Shown here: positions 26,086 through 34,827 of the stretch, piece after piece | Position numbering within the stretch: the stretch's first letter is position 1 | Layout of the letters: every line of letters begins with the position of its first letter | NCBI GenBank assembly: GCA_020633845.1 | Contig: JACKCW010000001.1 | Coordinates: 206,250-270,249, forward strand | Source: Bacillales bacterium | GTDB taxonomy: Bacteria; Bacillota_I; Bacilli_A; Izemoplasmatales; UBA1188 | Direction of reading: 5' to 3' | DNA length: 64,000 nucleotides | Position numbers and translations under genes: made by a program | The notes under the pieces: model-generated | The model's database searches: none | Seen by the model: the letters and a program-made list of their open reading frames with translations, nothing else | Told to the model about the DNA's origin: nothing

Positions 26086-28131
26086 ATGGAATATTATAAG
26101 GAACACATCAAAACCATCGCGCTTATTGGAGCCATGGGTACGGGAAAAACCTCCCTCGCAGAATCGATAGCTTATGTATCCGGAATAATACAAAAGAAGG
26201 GTGAAATCGAAAAAGGAAGTACTATTTCTGATTTCACGGCCGAAGAAGTTAACCATCATTACAGCATAAACTCTTCTCTAATTCCGGTATTTTATAAGAA
26301 CGACAAAATCAATTTTATCGACCTTCCGGGATCAAATGAATTTGTGACCGACCTATATAATACACTTCCGATTTTATCGGGCGCCATTTTAGTTATTGAT
26401 TCAACAAGAGGAATCGATGCACAAACCAAGAGTTACTATAGAATGCTTAAGGAGCATAAGATTCCGACAATTATTCTTCTGAGTAAAATCGATAAGGAAA
26501 ATGTCGACTTTGATAAGCTTCTGGAAGATTTAAAAGAAAAGCTGGGCGCTTCCGTCGTTCCTTTCATGTATCCGGAAGGCGGCAAAAATAACTTTAACGG
26601 TTTTGCCTATGTTTTAAATAAAAAAGGATACAAAGTTGAAGGAGACAAAACCGCTGAAGGCGAAGTTGACGCCGATGTTAAAGAAAAGGTTTCAACTCTT
26701 TATGACAAAATTGTAGAAGAGGCGGCCGCTCAGGACGAAGGTTTGATGGAGAAATTCTTCGAAGGAGAAGAACTGTCAGTTGAAGAGATAGCTTCCGGTC
26801 TTAAAGCCGGATTACTCTCGGAATCACTAGTACCGGTTATTGTCGCTAACTCTCTTTTAAATACGGGGGTAAAAGAACTCCTAGATATTGTTGTGTCATT
26901 ATTCCCTTCCATGAGCGACACCAAGCCGATGGAATCCAATACTGAAGGTCTTGAATATGATGAAAAGAAACCTTTCGCTGGTTATGTATTCAAAACCATC
27001 GTTGATCCGTTTATCGGGACTATTTCTTTTGTTATCATTGTGAATGGATCACTCAAAGTCGGTCAAGAAATGATCGTTCTCGGTAAAACCGAAAAAGTTA
27101 ACCAATCGTTTATTCTTACCGGTAAGAACCAAAACAGTTATGATATAGCCTACGCCGGCGATATCGTATGTATCGCTAAACTTCAAAGTTTAGCTACCGG
27201 TCTTACATTAACCGATAAACAATCGTCAGTCGAAATCAAAAAGGTCGCTATGCCGACTCCAACCATCTTTAAAGCCATTATTCCGAAGAATAAGCAGGAT
27301 GAAGATAAATTATCCGGCGCTCTTCAACGTTTAGCCTTAGAAGATTTAAGTTTTGAAATCGTCAGAAATAAAGAAACTAAACAGCAGTTAATTGGCGGCC
27401 AGGGTTCGGTCCATGTTGATACTCTTCTCGAAAAAATGAAGAATATGTTTAAGGTTGAAGTTACCACCGAGAAACAGAAGATAGTATATAGAGAAGCCAT
27501 TAGATCAACCGCCGAAGCTGAAGGAAGATATGTAAAACAATCAGGCGGTGCCGGATATTATGGTATCGTTGTGATGAGATTTGAACCATGCACGGAAGAT
27601 TCATATTTCAGTGAAGAAATCTTTGGCGGATCAGTTCCTAAAAACTACTTCCCACCAATTGAAAAAGGTTTCTTTGAAGCTCTTGAAAATGGACCTTTAG
27701 CTGGTTTCCCGGTAATAAACGTTCATGCGGTTTTAACTGATGGTAAATACCATCCGGTAGACTCTAATGAACTTGCGTTTAAGAATGCCGCCAAAGTAGC
27801 TTTTAAGAACGCTTGCGAAAAGATTAAGAAGATTATTCTTGAACCGATTATGCACGTTAACATCAAGATCTCTGATGAGTACTTAGGCGATATCTTAGGC
27901 GATATCAACAAGAGACGCGGAAGAGTTCTTGGAATGAATAAAGTCGGAGACTATCAAATAGTTGAATGTGAAGTACCGGAAGCTGAAATTATCAGTTATA
28001 ATATCGACCTTAAAGCTATGACTCAGGGCGACGGCACTTTCACCAGAGAATTCATTAGATACGAAGAAGTTCCGCAAAACGTAGCGGATAAAGTAATTGA
28101 AGCCGCCAAATTAGAACAGTCCCAAGAATAA
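26086..28131 (+). CDS. elongation factor G paralogue (EF-G2-like translational GTPase)
   Basis: 681 aa with five-domain EF-G length and C-terminal similarity (GRYVKQSGGAGYYG, HPVDSNE). P-loop GAMGTGKTS. Deviant switch II DLPGSNEF and G4 SKID. Confidence 0.8.
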   Translation: MEYYKEHIKTIALIGAMGTGKTSLAESIAYVSGIIQKKGEIEKGSTISDFTAEEVNHHYSINSSLIPVFYKNDKINFIDLPGSNEFVTDLYNTLPILSGAILVIDSTRGIDAQTKSYYRMLKEHKIPTIILLSKIDKENVDFDKLLEDLKEKLGASVVPFMYPEGGKNNFNGFAYVLNKKGYKVEGDKTAEGEVDADVKEKVSTLYDKIVEEAAAQDEGLMEKFFEGEELSVEEIASGLKAGLLSESLVPVIVANSLLNTGVKELLDIVVSLFPSMSDTKPMESNTEGLEYDEKKPFAGYVFKTIVDPFIGTISFVIIVNGSLKVGQEMIVLGKTEKVNQSFILTGKNQNSYDIAYAGDIVCIAKLQSLATGLTLTDKQSSVEIKKVAMPTPTIFKAIIPKNKQDEDKLSGALQRLALEDLSFEIVRNKETKQQLIGGQGSVHVDTLLEKMKNMFKVEVTTEKQKIVYREAIRSTAEAEGRYVKQSGGAGYYGIVVMRFEPCTEDSYFSEEIFGGSVPKNYFPPIEKGFFEALENGPLAGFPVINVHAVLTDGKYHPVDSNELAFKNAAKVAFKNACEKIKKIILEPIMHVNIKISDEYLGDILGDINKRRGRVLGMNKVGDYQIVECEVPEAEIISYNIDLKAMTQGDGTFTREFIRYEEVPQNVADKVIEAAKLEQSQE

Positions 28132-28141
28132 AACAATTATT

Positions 28142-28168
28142 AAAGGGTGCTTAATGCACCCTTTTATT
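28142..28168 (+). terminator. intrinsic terminator of the EF-G-like gene
   Basis: aaagggtgc-ttaat-gcacccttt hairpin plus T-run. Confidence 0.8.
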
Positions 28169-28184
28169 CCGCTTTAAATTCGTC

Positions 28185-28213
28185 TTGCCTAAAACTTCAT
28201 TTAGTGATATGAT
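28185..28213 (+). promoter_or_regulatory. candidate promoter of the tRNA-His/tRNA-Leu pair
   Basis: TTGCCT, 17-nt spacer, TATGAT, ending 17 nt before the tRNA. Confidence 0.5.
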
Positions 28214-28230
28214 TATTATGCGATTCATAT

Positions 28231-28310
28231 GGCGGCTGTGGCGAAGTTTGGTTAACGCACCGGATTGTGGCTCCGGCATTTCGTGGGTTCGAGTCTCACC
28301 AGTCGCCCCA
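28231..28310 (+). tRNA. tRNA-His (anticodon GTG)
   Basis: Hand-folded cloverleaf. Encoded G-1 pairs with discriminator C73. Acceptor GCGGCTG/CAGTCGC, anticodon loop TTGTGGC, T-loop TTCGAGT, encoded CCA. Confidence 0.9.
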
Positions 28311-28367
28311 CGAATTATTTAAATAAATATCCTCCTAGCATACTAGAATGCTAGAGAATCAAAACAC

Positions 28368-28452
28368 GGGGCCGTGGCGGAACTGGTAGACGCGCTATCT
28401 TGAGGGGGTAGTACCAACAGGCGTGTGAGTTCGAATCTCATCGGCCCCACCA
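28368..28452 (+). tRNA. tRNA-Leu (anticodon GAG)
   Basis: Acceptor GGGGCCG/CGGCCCC, anticodon loop TTGAGGG, long variable arm, T-loop TTCGAAT, encoded CCA. Confidence 0.9.
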
Positions 28453-28463
28453 AAACTATATTT

Positions 28464-28488
28464 AAAACTCCTATAATGGGAGTTTTTT
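28464..28488 (+). terminator. intrinsic terminator after the tRNA pair
   Basis: aaaactcc-tataat-gggagtttt hairpin followed by a T-run. Confidence 0.75.
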
Positions 28489-28699
28489 ATTTTCGACAAT
28501 ATTATTAATACAGTATAATAGATTAATCAAAAATAATATAGATTTAAAAATAGTATTGTGAGAATAAACAAAGAATATCAAGCATCAATGTTTAAAGCGA
28601 TGAATTAACGAAAAGAACGGTTCATTTTGTGAACCCTTTTCTTTTGTTGACAAAGCTCTATATCTGTTAAAGAATTAAAACGTTAAAGGCGGTATATCT

Positions 28700-29803
28700 A
28701 TGAAAACCAAAAGCATGAAAATTCTTATTATAACCATCTCTTCCGTTTTAGCTCTGGCGATTGCTTTAATAGGCATAACTGTGACGGTTAAAAACCAAAA
28801 GTTAGATGATTTAGCCGCTATGAGTTCTGCCGATTTAATTGAATATATTAAAGAATCATATAGCGATGCGACAATTTCTATCGCTGTAACTAAAAACGGT
28901 GAAACAGAATACTATGTTTACGGTAAAGACAATGAAACGATTGATAGAACCGACTCTGAATACGAAATCGGTTCTATCAGCAAGACTTTTCTTGCGCTTT
29001 TAGTTTCTAAAGCGATAAAGGAAGGAAAACTTAACTTATCGGACTCTATCAGTGAATATTTAGATTTAGATACTGATAAATATTATCCAACTATTGAAAG
29101 GCTTTTAACCCATACTTCGGGTTATAAAGCCTATTACTTTGATTCACAAATGATTAAAAACTTCTTTTCGAAAGAAGATAACGATTTTTACGGAATATCA
29201 AAAGAAAAGATTTTAGCGAAAGTAAAAAGCGTTAATCTTAAAGACAAAGACTATGGTTTTGTCTATTCTAACTTTGGGATATCTGTTTTAGGTTTGGTTC
29301 TCGAATCTATATATGATAAAGACTATACAACTTTGGTTAACGATTATATTAAAAATGATTTAGGTCTTCAAAATACTATCTGTGCTTCATCAACGGGAAA
29401 CATGGATAATTATTGGTCATGGGATATGGGTGACGGCTATATACCGGCCGGAGCTATTATTTCTAATATTAGCGATATGGCCGGATATTTAAATCTATAT
29501 TTAACCAGCAGTGAAGATTATGTGGAAAACACCTACTCGATTCTTAAAACTGTGACACTAGAAAACTCTACCTATAATAAACTTGGAATAAAAGTTGATT
29601 CAGTAGGGATGACTTGGATGATAGATTCAATAGATGGTATCGTTTGGCACAATGGTGGTACAACATCTTTTAACAGCTACCTCGCTTTTAATAAAGAAGA
29701 AAATGCTGGGGTAGTGGCCTTATCTAATTTATCTCCTAAAGAATCATCGGTTTCTATGACTATTCTTGGAATCAAAATAATGAAGGAGCTTTTAAATGAC
29801 TGA
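28700..29803 (+). CDS. membrane-anchored serine hydrolase of the beta-lactamase/PBP (class C-like) family
   Basis: N-terminal TM helix. SISK (SxxK), YSN (YxN) and HNG motifs in the expected order. Confidence 0.8.
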   Translation: MKTKSMKILIITISSVLALAIALIGITVTVKNQKLDDLAAMSSADLIEYIKESYSDATISIAVTKNGETEYYVYGKDNETIDRTDSEYEIGSISKTFLALLVSKAIKEGKLNLSDSISEYLDLDTDKYYPTIERLLTHTSGYKAYYFDSQMIKNFFSKEDNDFYGISKEKILAKVKSVNLKDKDYGFVYSNFGISVLGLVLESIYDKDYTTLVNDYIKNDLGLQNTICASSTGNMDNYWSWDMGDGYIPAGAIISNISDMAGYLNLYLTSSEDYVENTYSILKTVTLENSTYNKLGIKVDSVGMTWMIDSIDGIVWHNGGTTSFNSYLAFNKEENAGVVALSNLSPKESSVSMTILGIKIMKELLND

Positions 29804-30851
29804 CTTAAAAGAACTATATAAAAAAGTAAAAAAAACGATTGAAACTATTCCCCTTTCCTCTTTATATCCTGGATTTAGGCTGCACAAATTCGCACTTTAT
29901 AATAGCGAAATGATTATAATTAATGATCTAATTATCCCCTATAATGAGGCCTTTATGGGAAATACATCAATCTTCTATGAGGGAGAATATATCGCGATAT
30001 GGAATATAGAAATGGACCCCGTTAGCGACATAGATATTCTTTCGTCCAATCTTATTCACGAAATGTTCCATTGTTTCCAAAGCGAAGAAAAGGAAAAAAG
30101 ATTTCCGGACGACTTAGAGATTCTAATGTATCCCGATTCTAACAATAACTATAATATAAAGTTTTATGAAAACTCTCTTTTAATAAAAGCCGCAAAAGCA
30201 AAAACTATTAAAGAAAAAACCGATTTATTAACCGAATTTTACGAGGCAAGAAAGTACCGGGAATCAATAATAAAAGAAGCTATCAAAAACGAAACTAAAA
30301 CTGAAACTGTTGAAGGGCTTGCAGAATATATAGGTACCATTTCTTTAAAATTTCTATCAACTAAAAAATATGAAGAAAGAATTGAAAATTATCTTTCTAA
30401 GCTTTCTGATACAAAGCTCATTTTTGATATAAGAAGAATCTCTTATTTCGTGGGAGTAATTTATTTAATTCTTTTGTCTGAATTAAATATTGATTTTGTA
30501 TCATACAAGTTGAGCGAGAAAGAAACCATATACGATTTAGCAAAAGGCAACGTTGCCTTAATTCCTTTTCAAAGCAAAAACGAAAATCTTTTAAACGAAT
30601 ATAACCTAATGATTAACGAAAGACAAAAGAAGATAAACGAGATGAAAAAAGAGAAAAAGACTATATTAAAATCTCCTCTTTCTATCTATGGCTATGATCC
30701 GATGAATATGTATAGAGTGGAAGATGAAATATTCTGTTCACATTTTATTTTTCTCTCCGACGGAGAACTAAACTCCTTTATAAAGGGGCCGATTCTTCTA
30801 AGCATGGTAAAGGGCTCTAAAAATATGGTTGAAAGTTATTATACTATTTAA
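29796..30851 (+). CDS. hypothetical protein with HExxH and downstream EGLAEY (putative gluzincin-like metallopeptidase)
   Basis: LIHEMFHCF plus VEGLAEYIG about 85 residues later. 8-nt overlap with the preceding gene. Confidence 0.55.
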   Translation: MTDLKELYKKVKKTIETIPLSSLYPGFRLHKFALYNSEMIIINDLIIPYNEAFMGNTSIFYEGEYIAIWNIEMDPVSDIDILSSNLIHEMFHCFQSEEKEKRFPDDLEILMYPDSNNNYNIKFYENSLLIKAAKAKTIKEKTDLLTEFYEARKYRESIIKEAIKNETKTETVEGLAEYIGTISLKFLSTKKYEERIENYLSKLSDTKLIFDIRRISYFVGVIYLILLSELNIDFVSYKLSEKETIYDLAKGNVALIPFQSKNENLLNEYNLMINERQKKINEMKKEKKTILKSPLSIYGYDPMNMYRVEDEIFCSHFIFLSDGELNSFIKGPILLSMVKGSKNMVESYYTI

Positions 30852-31006
30852 TCGCTAAATACCTATAGAAAATGGTTTTTCTATCTTTGTGAATTCTTTA
30901 AAACCATTATAAATAAAAACTTTTTGTTGTCTATGACAATTTTTTTACATTTATCCGCTACAATCTAATGAGAAGGACATATTGTCTTTCTATTAAGGAG
31001 AAAAGA

Positions 31007-31378
31007 ATGAGAATTGCACTTATCGCGCATGATAAGAAAAAAGAAGACATGATTAAACTTTGTATGCAATATAAAGACGTCCTGGCTAAGCACGACCTCT
31101 ATGCTACCGGAACCACAGGAGCTATGGTAAGCGAAGCGACCGGACTTAAGATTACCAGAGTTAAACCGGGACCTTTAGGCGGCGACCAACAGATGGGATC
31201 AATGGTGGCGGAAGCCAAACTTGATCTTGTCATCTTTTTAAGAGATCCTTTAACGGCTCAGCCTCATGAACCGGACGTATCCGCTCTTTTAAGATTAAGC
31301 GACGTGATGGATATTCCTCTTGCAACTAATCTATCGAGCGCCACAATTATGCTAAACTATTTAACGGATATCAGTTAA
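31007..31378 (+). CDS. mgsA: methylglyoxal synthase
   Basis: [18 protein letters not shown] and GPLGGDQQ motifs. AAGGAG RBS; the ORF-track start at 30968 is over-extended. Confidence 0.9.
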   Translation: MRIALIAHDKKKEDMIKLCMQYKDVLAKHDLYATGTTGAMVSEATGLKITRVKPGPLGGDQQMGSMVAEAKLDLVIFLRDPLTAQPHEPDVSALLRLSDVMDIPLATNLSSATIMLNYLTDIS

Positions 31379-31389
31379 AGGACTCTATT

Positions 31390-32040
31390 ATGGATAAATT
31401 TGTCTATCTACTTGAAGACGACGAGGGAATATCCGATGTTATTGAATGTTCTCTTGAAGTAGCCAAAATAAAAATAAGATGTTATAAAAATATCAAAGAC
31501 TTTAAAGGAGCCGTGGAAAAAGAAGCCCCTTCGGTGGTGCTTTTAGATATTATGCTCCCCGACGGCAATGGTCTTGATGTTTTATCATATATGAAAATAA
31601 ACCACCCGAAAACCCAGTGTATTATGCTTTCGGCTTTATCTCAGGAAATCGATAAAGTGAAAGGGCTTAATATGGGAGCGGACGATTATATTGCGAAACC
31701 ATTTGGAACGATGGAACTTATCGCAAGAGTAAATGCGGCCCTTAGAAGAAGTTCTAAATTCACTTACGATATATCGGGCCTGATGATAAACAAAGAAACC
31801 CACGAGGTTTCCTTAAACGGAGAACCTCTCGGTTTAAATAATAAAGAATTTAATCTTCTTCTTTACTTTGTGGAAAACCCGAATATCGTTCTTTCAAGAG
31901 ACAGATTATTAGAGGCTGTCTGGGGTTATGATATCGGTGAAACGAGAACGATAGACAATCATATACTAAGGCTTAGAAAACTCGGAATTACCCAAATAGA
32001 AACCGTATTTGGCGTCGGGTATAAATTTACAGTCAAATAA
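31390..32040 (+). CDS. phoP: OmpR-family response regulator, likely PhoP
   Basis: Receiver domain (LLDIMLPDGNG) plus winged-helix output (GVGYKF). Assigned PhoP by context: next to the pst-phoU operon, which carries PhoP-box-like repeats. Confidence 0.65.
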   Translation: MDKFVYLLEDDEGISDVIECSLEVAKIKIRCYKNIKDFKGAVEKEAPSVVLLDIMLPDGNGLDVLSYMKINHPKTQCIMLSALSQEIDKVKGLNMGADDYIAKPFGTMELIARVNAALRRSSKFTYDISGLMINKETHEVSLNGEPLGLNNKEFNLLLYFVENPNIVLSRDRLLEAVWGYDIGETRTIDNHILRLRKLGITQIETVFGVGYKFTVK

Positions 32041-32049
32041 AGGCGTATA

Positions 32050-33687
32050 ATGAAATTAAAAGTATTTCTTTATTCCATTCTTACAGTATTTATCTTTACG
32101 AGTTTACTCGCTTTTTTCTATTCGGATTTTAGTTATAAAAAGCTAAGGGAAGAAAAAGAAGCTTCTCTTATAGTCTACATGAATGATTTTAATCTGGATA
32201 AATACACACTAGATTATAACGGCGCCGTCCTTTTTTCTTCTCACCTTGATGGCGCCGAAGTTTATTTCCTTTATTTAGATGGCACCTTAATTGCGAGTAG
32301 CGAAGAAGAAAACCCGGAGATTATAGTCATAGGCGGAAAAGATGTAGTTGACGCAATGGCCAAAGGAGAAGGATATAACACAGTAAAAAGCGATAATATA
32401 AAAGAAAACACTCTTTATTATTGCGTTCAAGAAAGATCTTTAGAATCATCTATTACTTATCTTGTAAGAATAGGAGTTCCTGTAACATCTATCTCTGGCT
32501 TCTTTATAGAATCACTTCCTCTTACCTTAGCATTTTTATTTATCGGTTTTATAATCTGCGGAATCTTATCTTCTCTTTTGGTGAATTCAGTTTTAAAACC
32601 GGTAAAAGAAGCAATAGAAGAAGATAAAGAAACAAAAAATAAATACCAAGAACTAAAACCAATTCTTGATACAATACAAAAAAATAAAGCTGCCATCGAA
32701 AATGAAATAGAGGGGATAAAATCCGATAAAAGACTTGAGAGCATTGTCCTCGATAATATGGAACACGGGATAATAATTCTCGACAACAATAATAGTATTA
32801 TCCTGGTAAATAACGTGGCCGTTAAACTGATGGACATTGATAAAGAAGCTAACTCCATCATGTATTTAAAAGGGGATAAAGAAATTAAAGACGCCGTTGC
32901 AAAGAACGAGAGTTCATTATTTTATCGTCGGATTGAAGGAAAAGATTACGCCATAAGAACAACGGCGAGCGAAGGCGCTAAGGTAATCCTTCTAACCGAT
33001 GTGACGGAAATTAAAAGAGTGGAAAGATCCAAGAATGATTTTATTGCGAATGTTACTCATGAAATGAATACGCCTTTAACTTCGATTAAAGGCTTTGCGG
33101 AATTAATTAACTCGGGTTCTCTTAATGAAGAAAAAGCCAAACATGCGAGCGATGTCATAATCAAACAAGCCGATAGGCTCTCTCTTTTAATCAAAAACAT
33201 TATTAACTATTCATCGATTGAAACTGATGACCTTCCTCCTTATGAAGTTAATGTTTCAGACATTATTTTAAATATTCTGCAAAACCTCGAAGTAACGATG
33301 AAAGAGAAAAACATCACTCTTTATAAAGATATTGAAGATAACGTTAAGGTTTTATCCAGAGCGGAAATAATTCAGGAGATTGTGAACAACCTCGTAATGA
33401 ACGCCATCAAATATAATAAAAACCCCGGTTCCATAACGATATCTTTAAAGAAAAAAGAAAAGATTGTTGTCTTAAAAGTTGAAGATACCGGAATCGGTAT
33501 CGCCAAAGAAAACTACGATAAAATCTTTGATCGATTCTTTACGGTTGATAAATCTCACAATGAATATACCTCCGGCTTCGGCCTCGGCCTCGCGATTGTT
33601 AAAAAAATATGCAGACAATCTTCTTGGCCGATAAAAGTTGATTCTACTTTAGACAAAGGCACATCTTTTACCATTGAAATGAAGTAA
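32050..33687 (+). CDS. phoR: sensor histidine kinase, likely PhoR
   Basis: Two TM segments, a PAS-like region, H-box THEMNTPLTSIKGF, and N and G boxes (NAIKYN, DTGIGI, GFGLGL). Confidence 0.65.
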   Translation: MKLKVFLYSILTVFIFTSLLAFFYSDFSYKKLREEKEASLIVYMNDFNLDKYTLDYNGAVLFSSHLDGAEVYFLYLDGTLIASSEEENPEIIVIGGKDVVDAMAKGEGYNTVKSDNIKENTLYYCVQERSLESSITYLVRIGVPVTSISGFFIESLPLTLAFLFIGFIICGILSSLLVNSVLKPVKEAIEEDKETKNKYQELKPILDTIQKNKAAIENEIEGIKSDKRLESIVLDNMEHGIIILDNNNSIILVNNVAVKLMDIDKEANSIMYLKGDKEIKDAVAKNESSLFYRRIEGKDYAIRTTASEGAKVILLTDVTEIKRVERSKNDFIANVTHEMNTPLTSIKGFAELINSGSLNEEKAKHASDVIIKQADRLSLLIKNIINYSSIETDDLPPYEVNVSDIILNILQNLEVTMKEKNITLYKDIEDNVKVLSRAEIIQEIVNNLVMNAIKYNKNPGSITISLKKKEKIVVLKVEDTGIGIAKENYDKIFDRFFTVDKSHNEYTSGFGLGLAIVKKICRQSSWPIKVDSTLDKGTSFTIEMK

Positions 33688-33788
33688 AAAGCCAAAATGA
33701 CAAGCATGCTTTACATAGTTTTCAACTAAACTTGGTGGCGTGTAAACCACCCCTTAATGTAAGATGTTCTTGTCAAAGGAGAATAATT

Positions 33789-34691
33789 ATGAGCTTTGGA
33801 ACCAATTTATACGAATTAAGAAAACAAAAAGGCCTTTCTCAAGAGCAGTTAGCTTTAGAAATCGGCGTTTCCAGACAAACTATCTATGCCTGGGAATCGG
33901 AAACGGCTTCCCCGTCTATTGAAAATTTAAAGAGTTTATCCTCTTTCTTTTCTTGTACCACCGATTATTTAATCAGTGGTAATAAAGAAGAATTAAGCCA
34001 GGAAAACAACGAAGAGAAAGAAGAAATTAAAAGAACATGTAGGGCCGACAAAAAAGAAGTCGATAGAAGACTTAAAATTCATGCGCTTTTAATAGCTTTA
34101 CCAACCATGCTTATTATATCGTCGGTTGCCGTTTTATTATTAATGGTGGAAAGACCGATTATCGGAACAGTCATTATTTTATCATCGGTAGTTATCTCCG
34201 TTCCTTTCTATGTCATTGCCGGCACAATGTATAACTCATTCTTTTCTCAGGAAGAAAACAAGTATTTCCAAGTTCTTTATAGTGAAGAGGAGAAGAAAAG
34301 AGGAGATATGAGAAATTCGATAGCGGTCGCCATCTCTGTTTCCTTTATGTTAATCGGGGTTATCCTGGTAGTGGTATTATCGACCATCAACACCGTCCCA
34401 TCGAGTACTTGGTATATCTCAACCTTCTTGTTTATGATTGCCATCTCGGTTTTTTGTCTTATATTTTCCGGCATTATGCATTCCCGTTTTCGAACTAGTG
34501 ACGAAACCTATATGGATCAAAAATCCGTAAAGTTAAACGGAACCATCAATTCAATTATCTGGATGTTAGCTATTTGCGGTTATTTAGTTATGGGATTTGT
34601 TTTTAGTCTTTGGCATCCAGGATGGATCATATTTGTGGTTGCCGCCTTTCTTAGCGGTATTATAAGTTCAATTCTCGGGTTTAAAAAATAA
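33789..34691 (+). CDS. XRE-family HTH fused to a polytopic membrane domain
   Basis: N-terminal LYELRKQKGLSQEQLALEIGVSRQTIYAWE, then about 6 predicted TM helices. ATG at 33789 after AAAGGAG. Confidence 0.75.
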   Translation: MSFGTNLYELRKQKGLSQEQLALEIGVSRQTIYAWESETASPSIENLKSLSSFFSCTTDYLISGNKEELSQENNEEKEEIKRTCRADKKEVDRRLKIHALLIALPTMLIISSVAVLLLMVERPIIGTVIILSSVVISVPFYVIAGTMYNSFFSQEENKYFQVLYSEEEKKRGDMRNSIAVAISVSFMLIGVILVVVLSTINTVPSSTWYISTFLFMIAISVFCLIFSGIMHSRFRTSDETYMDQKSVKLNGTINSIIWMLAICGYLVMGFVFSLWHPGWIIFVVAAFLSGIISSILGFKK

Positions 34692-34726
34692 TAACCAATT
34701 AAACGCAAAAACTTGCAAAAAGAAAT

Positions 34727-34751
34727 AAACGCGGGAATAAACCGCGTTTTT
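34727..34751 (+). terminator. intrinsic terminator upstream of the pst promoter
   Basis: aaacgcgg-gaataaa-ccgcgttt hairpin plus T-run. Confidence 0.75.
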
Positions 34752-34753
34752 CT

Positions 34754-34796
34754 TTTACATTCTTTTTACAATTTTATTACATCGTCCCGATAAAAT
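34754..34796 (+). promoter_or_regulatory. Pho-box-like direct repeats plus -10 element of the pst operon
   Basis: TTTACA at 34754, TTTACA at 34765 and ATTACA at 34776 (exact 11-bp phasing), then TAAAAT at 34791. Confidence 0.6.
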
Positions 34797-34827
34797 TGTG
34801 ACAAGAAGGAATTATTATCTTGGTGTC

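Noticed and set aside
28589-28645. Six-codon ORF (MFKAMN) followed by a GGTTCA/TGAACC hairpin and T-run upstream of the serine-hydrolase gene, as a possible leader-peptide attenuator
   Set aside because: The mini-ORF has no RBS, the stem is short, and a promoter-like TTGACA lies downstream of the hairpin. The element would then not be in the mRNA leader.
28231-30960. Genomic island integrated at the tRNA-His/tRNA-Leu locus
   Set aside because: No integrase, transposase or direct repeat of a tRNA 3' end is visible within the window. Only the AT-rich look and odd gene content remain, which is insufficient.
30865-30986. Alternative hairpins (ATAGAAAA/TTTTCTAT versus AATGGTTTT/AAAACCATT) and small palindromes (TTGTCtatGACAA, GACAtatTGTC) upstream of mgsA, as a possible riboswitch or operator
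   Set aside because: All stems are short and AT-rich, so they are expected by chance in this composition. The first hairpin is adequately explained as the terminator of the upstream operon.
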